From contig CACNFT010000003.1 of assembly GCA_902619825.1 (NCBI GenBank), positions 78,461 to 142,460 of the forward strand: 64,000 nt of DNA. The letters are read 5' to 3'. Positions 55,938-64,000 of this stretch are shown here, piece after piece. Under the pieces are notes generated by a model, which made no database searches, was not told where the DNA came from, and saw only the letters and a list, made by a program, of their open reading frames with translations. The stretch comes from an uncultured Candidatus Actinomarina sp. (lineage in GTDB: Bacteria > Actinomycetota > Acidimicrobiia > Actinomarinales > Actinomarinaceae). The position numbers were made by a program, and so were the translations under genes. The first letter of the stretch is position 1. The number at the start of each line of letters is the position of its first letter.

Positions 55938-57551
55938 TTATGATATGAGTTTTCTTAAACTTTGAGAATCTGAAGAAGAAAGAATTTCTTGTTTCTTTAT
56001 ATGTGATAAATTCTCCTTTGCATGAATTAGTGAATTGATTATATTTGGTCCTTGAGATGGAGCAATGCTGAAAACTCTAAGTCCCAGTAAGTATAAAATA
56101 ATTGATGCCTCTTGATCCGAAGCCATGTCTCCACATACAGAGACTTCTATATCATTCATTAACCCAGTATCAATTACATTAGTAATTAATCTTAGAACAG
56201 ATACGTCAAGGGGATCTTGATATTTGTTTAATGACGAAAGACCCCTGTCAGCTGCATAAGTATATTGAATCAAGTCATTAGTTCCAATTGAAAAGAAATC
56301 AACATGTTGAATGTACTGATCAGCATTTAATGCAACAGAAGGTGTTTCAACCATTATCCCTAAAGGAGGAGGGGTAACATTTAATTTATTTGATTCATCT
56401 ATAACTATTTTCTTTGCATCTAAAAAATCATCAAGAATAGAAACCATTGGAAACATTATTTTTACTTTTTCTTTCAAGTCTGAACTAAGAATTGAAATTA
56501 TTTGTTCTCTGAAAAGATCTTCTTCGTCTAGAGAATATCTTATTCCTCTTATCCCAAGAAATGGATTTTCTTCTTTGGGTAAATTCAAATATGGAACTTG
56601 TTTGTCACCACCTATATCTAAGGTTCTAAAAACAATAGTGTTAGAAAATTTTGTATTTAATTCATTATTTATTTCTATTTGTTCTTTTAACGTAGGTTTT
56701 GAGGATCTGTCAATATAGACAAATTCAGATCTAAATAGACCAACTGATTTAATACGATCATCATCAAAAGCATCTATTTCTTCACTGCTCCCTATATTCG
56801 CTCTTAATTCAATATCTAAGTATTTAATTGATTCATGATTATAAGATTCTTTTAATTTATCTATTTTATTCATTCCTTCTTGAACTTTTTTTAGAACGTC
56901 AGCTGTTGGATCAAAGAATATATCTCCAGTGTCCCCATCTAATACAACACTTTTATCGAAGTTCGTATCGATTTTTTTGATATCAAAATTTATCACACAA
57001 GGTATTCCTAAATTTTTAGCAACGATTACCGCATGGGATGTAGGTCCAGCATTAGATACAACAAAACCTTTTACTTTTGTTAGATCTATGGATGAAGTAT
57101 CATTTGGTGTTAATTCTTTTGCAAAAATTATTACGTCCTCAGTAAAATTTTTATCAATAACAATATCCTGCATTGTAAAAATAATTTCTTTACCAATAGA
57201 AATTATGTCTTCGGCTCTTTGTTTAAAATAATCATCTTCAATACTGAGCATTTGATCTGAAGTGTCTTTAAAAGCTTGAAAAATCTCTTGGAGATTTTGG
57301 CCGTCATCAACCATTTCAATTATCTCTGGATCATTAACAATAAGACGATATGCATCTAAAACTTCAGATTCATCTTGTCTGTTTTCTTTTTCTAATTCAC
57401 TAATAAGTTGTTTGTATCTCTTATCTAATTTTTTTTGGCTTTCTTTAAAACTCAGCTTTTTAGGTATTGAAAAATCAATTTCATTGTTAATAACGTAAAA
57501 TTTACCAAGACCAATACCGGGAGAAACTCCTGATCCTTTGTAAGTGTCCAT
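55938..57551 (-). CDS. ptsI: PEP-protein phosphotransferase (PTS Enzyme I)
   Basis: GPTSHA.I.A phospho-His, GLFRSEF, RTLDIGGDK, EENPFLG.RG.R, SIGTNDL.QY and VCG motifs. Confidence 0.93.
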   Translation of the reverse strand: MDTYKGSGVSPGIGLGKFYVINNEIDFSIPKKLSFKESQKKLDKRYKQLISELEKENRQDESEVLDAYRLIVNDPEIIEMVDDGQNLQEIFQAFKDTSDQMLSIEDDYFKQRAEDIISIGKEIIFTMQDIVIDKNFTEDVIIFAKELTPNDTSSIDLTKVKGFVVSNAGPTSHAVIVAKNLGIPCVINFDIKKIDTNFDKSVVLDGDTGDIFFDPTADVLKKVQEGMNKIDKLKESYNHESIKYLDIELRANIGSSEEIDAFDDDRIKSVGLFRSEFVYIDRSSKPTLKEQIEINNELNTKFSNTIVFRTLDIGGDKQVPYLNLPKEENPFLGIRGIRYSLDEEDLFREQIISILSSDLKEKVKIMFPMVSILDDFLDAKKIVIDESNKLNVTPPPLGIMVETPSVALNADQYIQHVDFFSIGTNDLIQYTYAADRGLSSLNKYQDPLDVSVLRLITNVIDTGLMNDIEVSVCGDMASDQEASIILYLLGLRVFSIAPSQGPNIINSLIHAKENLSHIKKQEILSSSDSQSLRKLIS

Positions 57552-57621
57552 AGAGTAAAGTTAGTGAAATATTTTTATATTGCAATACTTCTTAGTTGTT
57601 AAAGATTGTATCTTTGTATTA

Positions 57622-57987
57622 ATGGAAATATTAGAAATTATTATTGATAGAGAACTGTTTTCATCTAAAGATATTGAAGAGCTTGGAATAGTTGAAAATC
57701 AATACTTAAAGCTTGTTAACTATAAAAATAGTAGTGACTTAAAAGTTGATAATGAAGTTCTTAGAAATTTTGACTGTGTCGTAACTGCAAATGAATTAGG
57801 CAGTGCAATTAAAAAAATTTCAGATGGAAAAATTGTTGAACATCTGAATAGAGAAAACTATAAAAAACTTACCTATCCGTTGTTTCTAAAAAGTGAGACT
57901 TTTTTACAGTTCTTGAAGGAAAATAATTCAGAATGGAATCTAATTAAATTCTTAGAAAATCATACTTTCATGATTAATCAGATTTAA
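57622..57987 (+). CDS. Small IspD-like fragment protein (beta-arm region)
   Basis: SAIKKISDGKIVEHLNRENYKKLTYPLF resembles the IspD arm pattern DT.K.......V..T..R..L....TPQ.F; ATG 57622 preferred to TTG 57580. Confidence 0.5.
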   Translation: MEILEIIIDRELFSSKDIEELGIVENQYLKLVNYKNSSDLKVDNEVLRNFDCVVTANELGSAIKKISDGKIVEHLNRENYKKLTYPLFLKSETFLQFLKENNSEWNLIKFLENHTFMINQI

Positions 57988-58816
57988 TCCTTGAATCATA
58001 AATCACTTGGGATATTCCAACAAAAATAATAAGAACAAAGCCTATTAACTGGCTTAGAGATATTATTTCATCTAATAAAATAATTCCTAAAATAACTCCA
58101 GAAGTTGGCTCTAAATAAGTAATGGTACTTACGGATAAAGGTTTAATAATTTTTACTACATACCAATATGTTGTTAAACCTATAGCTGTTAAAAAAATTC
58201 CAAGAAAAAGACTTATGCCTATATTCTCTATCATCCATCCAAAGCCTTGAGTAGTAAAATAAAGCATCACGAATCCTGCAGAAATCAATTGTGCAAATGC
58301 AATATTTAAACCGCCAAATTCAGATGTATAATATTCACCAATTGTTATTAAAAAAGATAAACTTATTGCACTTAAAATCCCAAAAATTAATCCACTTATC
58401 GAATTGATAGATCTAACCTCTAGCAAAATTATCAAGCCACTAAATCCAATTAAAATAATTAAAATTTGAATTATTGTTAATTTCTTTCCACGAATTCTTT
58501 CAATAATTAGAACAAAAATAGGATAAGAAAAAACTAAACCTATTCCAACGGCTACGCTATTTCTATCTATAGATTCAAACATTGTTGCCCAGTGGATCGC
58601 TAACAAAGGTCCTAAAATTAATCCTGGCTTAATTAAAGCTTTAAAATTTACTTTTTTGTTGATAAAGAATAATGAAAGAAAAATAGAACCGATAAATGTT
58701 CTTATTCCCACGAGACTTAATGGACTTATATCAGTGGTTTTGATAATTATGGGTATGGTTCCCCATGAAATAGCTAAAACTGTTATTGCAGCGTAAGCTC
58801 CAAAAGTTTTATTCAC
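57974..58816 (-). CDS. DMT/EamA-family transporter
   Basis: About 10 TM segments in two EamA repeats; WG, R.F.G, YPIF and YLEP motifs. Confidence 0.85.
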   Translation of the reverse strand: MNKTFGAYAAITVLAISWGTIPIIIKTTDISPLSLVGIRTFIGSIFLSLFFINKKVNFKALIKPGLILGPLLAIHWATMFESIDRNSVAVGIGLVFSYPIFVLIIERIRGKKLTIIQILIILIGFSGLIILLEVRSINSISGLIFGILSAISLSFLITIGEYYTSEFGGLNIAFAQLISAGFVMLYFTTQGFGWMIENIGISLFLGIFLTAIGLTTYWYVVKIIKPLSVSTITYLEPTSGVILGIILLDEIISLSQLIGFVLIIFVGISQVIYDSRIKSD

Positions 58817-60174
58817 TAATCTTGTTGTCTTGAATAATTAGAAAACTGTGTATATTCCTTGCTAAAGTAAAGATCTACTTTTCCTGTTGATCCAGATCTA
58901 TGCTTTACAATATTAACTTCGGCAACACCTGGGGTTTCTGTAGCTGGATTGTAATAATCATCTCTATAAAGCATCATCACAATATCAGCATCTTGTTCAA
59001 TAGCTCCTGATTCTCGAAGATCACCTAATCGTGGTCTTTTATCTTCTCTTGCTTCCGCTGCACGATTTAACTGTGATAGAGCAATGATTGGAACTTTTAA
59101 CTCACGGGCTAGATTCTTTAAGTTTCTACTTATTTCCGCAATTTCTTGCTGTCTATTGTCTCCAGACATGCCCTGCATTAATTGAAGATAATCTACAACA
59201 ATAAGATCAAGACCTTTTGAGGATTTAAGCCTTCTAGATTTTGCTCTAATATCTGTGACTGTGATTACAGAAGCATCATCGAAATATAGAGGCATATTGT
59301 TTACTTTTGATGCTGCTTCAACAACACGAGACCACTTTTCAGGACCAAGTTGACCTTTTCTTGCATCTCCTGAAGTAACCTTTGCTTCAGAAAATAATAC
59401 TCTTTGAACTAATTCTTCTTTTGTCATTTCAAGTGAAAAGAAAGCTGTGACTTTGTCTTCTTTTGAAACATTTGTCGCAATATTTAATGCAAGCGATGAT
59501 TTACCCATACTAGGTCTTGCAGCGATTACAACAAGATTTCCTTCTTGAAGCCCAGCAAGTACTGAGTCAAGATCTGCAAAATTTGTTGCTAAACCTGAAA
59601 GACCAGTACCCCTATTTTCAATTTCTTCAATTCTCTCAATTGCATCATTTAATACATCTGATACCCCAATAAGTCCCTCTCCAATAGCATCATCTGAGGC
59701 AGTAAATATTGACTGCTCAGCTTCATCCATAACATTCGATATATCTTTATCAAGGGCATAAGCTAAAAGCTCGATCCTTCCACTAGCTTTGAGTAGTTTT
59801 CTTCTGTTTGAATGTTCGAGAACAATTTCAATATATCTCTCAAAGTTTGCTGAACTAGGTACATTTTCTATCAATCTTGCGATAGATGAGGTTTTTAAAC
59901 TTGTAGTATTTTTATTATCTTTAAAGACAGTCTCTGAAACAGTAACGCTATCAATTGGTTTTCCTGAATCAAACAAGTCTTTCATAGCCTCAAAAATTGT
60001 TTGATTTGTAGGACTATAAAAATCTAATGATTTAACTGATTCCATCAATCTATTTGCAGCATCTCGAGATAAAAGTGCACTTCCCAATAATGCTTCTTCA
60101 GCCTCAATACTATTTGGAGGTGCTTTTTGAAGGCCGTCTAAATCTCTATTTGATACTGCTTCCGGTCCAGCCAT
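58816..60174 (-). CDS. dnaB: Replicative DNA helicase
   Basis: PP.S.EAE..LLG, AARPSMGKS, FSLEM, VDYLQLM, LSQLNR and DLRESGAIEQDAD; no intein. Confidence 0.96.
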   Translation of the reverse strand: MAGPEAVSNRDLDGLQKAPPNSIEAEEALLGSALLSRDAANRLMESVKSLDFYSPTNQTIFEAMKDLFDSGKPIDSVTVSETVFKDNKNTTSLKTSSIARLIENVPSSANFERYIEIVLEHSNRRKLLKASGRIELLAYALDKDISNVMDEAEQSIFTASDDAIGEGLIGVSDVLNDAIERIEEIENRGTGLSGLATNFADLDSVLAGLQEGNLVVIAARPSMGKSSLALNIATNVSKEDKVTAFFSLEMTKEELVQRVLFSEAKVTSGDARKGQLGPEKWSRVVEAASKVNNMPLYFDDASVITVTDIRAKSRRLKSSKGLDLIVVDYLQLMQGMSGDNRQQEIAEISRNLKNLARELKVPIIALSQLNRAAEAREDKRPRLGDLRESGAIEQDADIVMMLYRDDYYNPATETPGVAEVNIVKHRSGSTGKVDLYFSKEYTQFSNYSRQQD

Positions 60175-60176
60175 AT

Positions 60177-60623
60177 TTATGTCTCCGGAACAATTTCTAG
60201 AGTTACTTCAAATGAAACATCTCCACTTAAATTGATAGCAATGTTGTGTAAACCTATTTCTTTAATTGAGTTTTCAGCTATTTGATCTTCTTCAATTTTA
60301 TACCCCGAAAATTTTTCGATTGCTTCGATTATTGAATCATTTGAAATTGCAGCATAAAGTGTGCCTTCGTCAGTTGAATTTGCGGCAATTACAATTTTTG
60401 CATCGGCGAGTCCTTCTTTGATAGAATTTGCTAACTCAATGTTTTCTTCAATAGAGGCTTGTCTCTTTTCTTGCATTCTTTCCGCAAGTAAAATATTTTT
60501 TGGAGTAGCTTTTATACCTAAGTTCTTAGGAAGTAGATAATTTCTTGCATAACCTTTAGCAACCTCGACAACGTCTCCTTTTTTACCAAGTTTCTTAATA
60601 TCTTGATTTAAAATTACTTTCAT
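60177..60623 (-). CDS. rplI: 50S ribosomal protein L9
   Basis: MKVIL..D...LGKKGDVVEV..GYARNYLLP. Confidence 0.96.
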   Translation of the reverse strand: MKVILNQDIKKLGKKGDVVEVAKGYARNYLLPKNLGIKATPKNILLAERMQEKRQASIEENIELANSIKEGLADAKIVIAANSTDEGTLYAAISNDSIIEAIEKFSGYKIEEDQIAENSIKEIGLHNIAINLSGDVSFEVTLEIVPET

Positions 60624-60904
60624 CTTCTGTTGTAGGATTGCTTATAAGAACTTGTCGTTACATAAGGCAAAAGAGCTAACTCTCTTCCAATTTTTACAAG
60701 TCTGGCAATTTTTGCTTGTTCTTGTTTAGTTATCCCTGTAATTAAGCTGGATCTGATTTTTCCTCTATCAGATAAAAATTTTTCTAAAAGTTTTACATCT
60801 TTATATGTTGCATTTTCTATCTGCTCTTTTGTAATTCTCCTTTGTTTTGGAGCTTCATATTTTGATAACTTTGGCTTGCTTGATCTGTTGTTTGATTTAC
60901 CCAT
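60620..60904 (-). CDS. rpsR: 30S ribosomal protein S18 (Cys-free form)
   Basis: YKDV.LL..F.SDRGKI....ITG....Q..IA...K..R..ALLPY; canonical position in the operon. Confidence 0.93.
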   Translation of the reverse strand: MGKSNNRSSKPKLSKYEAPKQRRITKEQIENATYKDVKLLEKFLSDRGKIRSSLITGITKQEQAKIARLVKIGRELALLPYVTTSSYKQSYNRR

Positions 60905-60912
60905 GATATACC

Positions 60913-61338
60913 TTAAAACGGAGCTTCATTCTCTTCGAAATCATCTCTTGCTTTAGGTGCTTCCGATACGCTCCCTCCACCTGATGTTCTCTCAACATTT
61001 GCTCTTGCCCATCTCAAACTAGGCGCAATTTCATCGATGGCTATATCGACTACTGATCTGTTCTGTCCGTCTTGTGTCTCCCAAGATCTATAATTTAATC
61101 TTCCAACAACGATTACTCTCATTCCTTTTTGTAATGTTGAAGATGCATTTTCTGCCATATCGTTCCAAACTGTTCCCTGGAAGAACATTGGCTCACCTTC
61201 GTCCCAAGATCCGTCATTATTTCTTTTTCTTTTGTTTTGTGCAATTCTTATCTCAGCTAATGTTGCACCAGAGTCTGTGACTCTTACTTCTGGATCAGCT
61301 GTTAAATTTCCAATTATTGTTACTGTGTTATCTACCAT
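60913..61338 (-). CDS. ssb: Single-stranded DNA-binding protein
   Basis: IGNLTADPE, W...AEN....L.KG.RV.V.GRL..R.W and acidic tail ending APF. Confidence 0.96.
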   Translation of the reverse strand: MVDNTVTIIGNLTADPEVRVTDSGATLAEIRIAQNKRKRNNDGSWDEGEPMFFQGTVWNDMAENASSTLQKGMRVIVVGRLNYRSWETQDGQNRSVVDIAIDEIAPSLRWARANVERTSGGGSVSEAPKARDDFEENEAPF

Positions 61339-61348
61339 TTCTCTACCT

Positions 61349-61636
61349 CTAGCTTTCCATCTTTAACACTTTGTGTCTAATAACATCATCAGATATTTTT
61401 AGCACTCTATCTAACTCTCCAGGAATATTTCCAGGACCTTCAAATGAAGTAATTGTATAAATACCTTCATTGAAAGTATCAATTTGATAAGCAAGTTTTC
61501 TTTTTTGCCAAACTCCTTGATCTGATACGTTACCACCATTAGTGGTAATTAAATCAGTTATAGTTTTGTGTAGTTCTTCAACAACGCTGTCTTCAGCGGT
61601 CGGTCTCACAATTGAGACTAAATCATATTTACTCAT
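61349..61636 (-). CDS. rpsF: 30S ribosomal protein S6
   Basis: Y.....RP, W.KRKLAY.I....EG.Y and EL.R.LKI...V.R motifs. Confidence 0.95.
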   Translation of the reverse strand: MSKYDLVSIVRPTAEDSVVEELHKTITDLITTNGGNVSDQGVWQKRKLAYQIDTFNEGIYTITSFEGPGNIPGELDRVLKISDDVIRHKVLKMES

Positions 61637-61682
61637 ATATCTCCTATGGACACTTGTACGTGGCTTCTTACGAAGCAGGTAC
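61637..61682 (-). promoter_or_regulatory. Putative rpsF (S6:S18) autoregulatory leader RNA
   Basis: GC-rich leader ACCUGCUUC-GUAA-GAAGCCACGUACAAGUGUCCAUAGGAG with a GNRA hairpin and a GUCCAUAGGAG end directly before rpsF. Confidence 0.55.
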
Positions 61683-61707
61683 TTATTAATTTAATACTAG
61701 ATATGGG

Positions 61708-62571
61708 TTATGACAGAATTTTTTTAACTTCTTTTTTCCACTCTTCAAGGTTTTCTAGTAAAGAATCACCCGAATCATAGGAGTGATCATCAGTAGGAAA
61801 CTCTTTATTTTCAATGTCTTTTTTGAAATTTTTCATCGTATCAACAACCCTGTCATATTGGTTGTCATACCTTTTCACAAATTTTGCATCTATATACTCT
61901 TTAGATTTCATACCAAGAAGATCATGATAAACAAGTACTTGTCCGTCTACATGTACCCCAGCTCCAATTCCAATTGTAGGAATAGAAACTTGTTCGGTTA
62001 TAGTTTGAGCAACTATCTTTGGAACTCCCTCTAAAACAAAAGAAAAGCATCCCAAAGAATCTAGGAGGATTGCGTCTTCTAATAATTCTTTTGCAAGTTC
62101 TAAAGTTTTTCCTTGAATTTTATAACCACCCATTACATTTTTAGATTGTGGAGTTAATCCAAGATGACCCATTACAGGAATTTCAGCATTAATTAATGCT
62201 TTAATCATATTTTCTCTTTTTTTCCCACCCTCAATTTTTACGGCATCTGCCTTTCCCTCTTGGATGAATCTTGCTGCGTTCTTAATTGTCTCTTCTTCAG
62301 AAACGTGATAACTCATATAAGGCATATCTGCTACAACAAGGGAGTTTGGATTTGCTCTGGTAACAGCTTTAACATGATGGAGCATTTCATCAACGGTAAC
62401 TGAGAGAGTGTCATCATAGCCTAAAACTACCTGGGCAAGTGAGTCTCCTACGAGAATAATATCTATTTCTGCATCAGATATTGCTTTTGAAGAAGGATAA
62501 TCATAAGCAGTCATCATGGATATGACACGACTATTCTTTAACCCAATTATTTTTGGTACTGTTATTTTCAT
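61708..62571 (-). CDS. panB: 3-methyl-2-oxobutanoate hydroxymethyltransferase
   Basis: TAYD, LVGDSL, DMP.MSY, VKIEGG, MGHLGLTPQ, IGIGAG and DGQVLV..D.LG motifs. Confidence 0.96.
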   Translation of the reverse strand: MKITVPKIIGLKNSRVISMMTAYDYPSSKAISDAEIDIILVGDSLAQVVLGYDDTLSVTVDEMLHHVKAVTRANPNSLVVADMPYMSYHVSEEETIKNAARFIQEGKADAVKIEGGKKRENMIKALINAEIPVMGHLGLTPQSKNVMGGYKIQGKTLELAKELLEDAILLDSLGCFSFVLEGVPKIVAQTITEQVSIPTIGIGAGVHVDGQVLVYHDLLGMKSKEYIDAKFVKRYDNQYDRVVDTMKNFKKDIENKEFPTDDHSYDSGDSLLENLEEWKKEVKKILS

Positions 62572-62574
62572 AGT

Positions 62575-62598
62575 TCTCTCCGCCTTTTGGTCGAAGGA
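62575..62598 (-). promoter_or_regulatory. pan-RNA-motif-like hairpin with two bulged adenosines covering the panB SD
   Basis: UCCUUCG-A-CC-AAAA-GG-CGGAG-A-GA folds with one bulged A on each strand, 3 nt before the AUG. Confidence 0.55.
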
Positions 62599-62722
62599 TT
62601 AATTTAATAATATACAATTATTGTTTATATACAAGGCAGTTTTCAATTAACAAAAAATTCACAATTTTATCAACATACTTAGTGCCATATTTTTAGTATG
62701 AGTAAAAGAAAGGAAAGTTAGT

Positions 62723-63037
62723 ATGAGTGTCACAAATTTTGCTATATACACTGTGGCAGTAGGAAGAATCGCTGAAGCAGAGGCTTGGATGGCCGAAATG
62801 GGTTCTTTATTTAACGAAATCACAGGTAAAAAAGTAAAAATACTTAAAGAGGGCTGGGGAGATGCATACAAAATGATTTTCATCACAGAGTATGAAAACA
62901 TTGGTGAAACTGAAGTTGTTGGAGAAAAAGTATTTTCTGATAAAAGAGTTGCTGATGGTCTGGAAAAAGGAATGAAAGAAACTCAGTTATTTACAAATGT
63001 AGAAAATAAATTTTATACAACAATTATGGAAAGTTAA
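62723..63037 (+). CDS. Hypothetical protein, dimeric alpha/beta-barrel (NIPSNAP-like)
   Basis: 104 aa, beta-alpha-beta-beta-alpha-beta-like pattern; SD GAAAGGA. Confidence 0.55.
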   Translation: MSVTNFAIYTVAVGRIAEAEAWMAEMGSLFNEITGKKVKILKEGWGDAYKMIFITEYENIGETEVVGEKVFSDKRVADGLEKGMKETQLFTNVENKFYTTIMES

Positions 63038-63054
63038 AAAAAAGAAAGGAAAAA

Positions 63055-63690
63055 ATGTATTTTAGAATAACAATTCCCGCTTTACAGGACGGAAAAAAAG
63101 ACGAAGCTATTACTTTTGTAAAAGACAAAGTAATGCCTGAATTTGATGGTACGCCCGGATTAATTTCAATGACGGCCGCAATAACTGGTGAGACATCTGG
63201 AATAAATATGTCGGCTTATGAAAGCAAAGAAGCTAGTGATGCAGTTGCCGAAAAAGTTCAAGCAACTTTAGCTGAAGCTGCTTCTTTCATGGCGGCACCA
63301 CCAGTAATTTATGAAGGTGAAGCTGTTTTTGGAAAAGTTTATCAAAACATTAACAAAGAAGAGAAAAAGCCAGGTTACATGAGACTCGTAATTGGTGTTG
63401 CCAAAGATACAGATGCTGTCTTAAATTTCTTAAAAGAAAAAGTGGAACCTATTTATGAAGATTCAGACGGACTTCAAATAACCGGTGCATTATTTGATGG
63501 TAATAGTGCGATCAGTTGGAATATATGGGATACACAAGAAGCTATGGACAGTGCTGTAGAAAAGTTACAAGGGGCACTTGATAGTGAGTCAGAAAGTGAT
63601 TTATTTGATGGTAGTACAGTTGCCTACATGGGCCCTGTATACGCTGGTAAATTATTTGTTGATTTCAAAGAAGGTGAAACACCAAATTAA
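63055..63690 (+). CDS. Hypothetical protein with two tandem ABM-like alpha/beta-barrel domains
   Basis: Internal duplication: MYFR...F.KDKV.P.....PGL / YMR...FLKEKV.P.....DGL and YES.EA.DA...K.Q / WDT.EA.DS...K.Q. Confidence 0.65.
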   Translation: MYFRITIPALQDGKKDEAITFVKDKVMPEFDGTPGLISMTAAITGETSGINMSAYESKEASDAVAEKVQATLAEAASFMAAPPVIYEGEAVFGKVYQNINKEEKKPGYMRLVIGVAKDTDAVLNFLKEKVEPIYEDSDGLQITGALFDGNSAISWNIWDTQEAMDSAVEKLQGALDSESESDLFDGSTVAYMGPVYAGKLFVDFKEGETPN

Positions 63691-63713
63691 TATTGTTTAA
63701 TAAGTGTTTAATT

Positions 63714-63742
63714 AAAAAGAGCCCAGCATGGGCTCTTTTTTT
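63714..63742 (+). terminator. Intrinsic (bidirectional-type) terminator
   Basis: AAAAAGAGCCC-agcat-GGGCTCTTTTTTT. Confidence 0.88.
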
Positions 63743-63784
63743 GTAAAATTAAGTAAGTAAATATTTAATGTATAGGAGGAAATT

Positions 63785-64000
63785 TTGTTAACAGCAAAAG
63801 AATCTCAACTTGGAACTCTAATGGCAAGAATTGCTGCATTAGGAACTATTGTTATCTTTGCAGTCCAGGCATTGCTTATTGGGCCTGATCAAGTTGGTTA
63901 CAGCGAACAATATGGTGCAATTGTTGATATAGTTTCATTTATTCAAAGTTTTGGAATTTTATTTACAATATCATTAACTCAAAAATTATTTGGAGATAAT
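63785..64000 (+). CDS. Partial membrane protein, runs off the right edge
   Basis: SD AGGAGG, then TTG 63785; open frame MLTAKESQLGTLMARIAALGTIVIFAVQALLIGP... to the window end. Confidence 0.6.
   Translation, partial: MLTAKESQLGTLMARIAALGTIVIFAVQALLIGPDQVGYSEQYGAIVDIVSFIQSFGILFTISLTQKLFGDN

Noticed and set aside
58816-60174. Intein in DnaB
   Set aside because: The protein is normal length (452 aa) with contiguous motifs

Overview
AT-rich, very compact bacterial DNA. WhiB3-like, GlnR-like, GlnII and MpaB-family genes and an rpsF leader ending GUCCAUAGGAG point to a streamlined low-GC actinobacterium, probably marine and Ca. Actinomarina-like (an inference). About 1-37.5 kb is a surface-glycan island: many glycosyltransferases, gmd/fcl, a GT11 fucosyltransferase, methyltransferases, an amidotransferase, ligase/polymerase-like membrane proteins, an ABC exporter and a priming sugar transferase. 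Four tRNA genes (Phe, Asp, Lys, Arg-UCG) lie at its right end. The rest is core-like: argS, glnII/glnR, IscA family, selA-selB, whiB, a mannitol PTS operon with mtlD and ptsH, a ptsI-IspD-like-SAF oxidoreductase-yjbQ operon, rpsF-ssb-rpsR-rplI-dnaB and panB. Best leads: (1) a 665-bp integrase-less single-gene cassette in tRNA-Phe with a 48-bp att duplication and arm-type repeats; (2) a possibly split, heterodimeric IspD/TarI whose missing beta-arm is encoded by a separate small gene; (3) a PQQ-type sugar dehydrogenase fused to the membrane module of the priming glycosyltransferase; (4) a pan-motif-like RNA hairpin upstream of panB. All calls come from reading motifs by eye; no searches were run.
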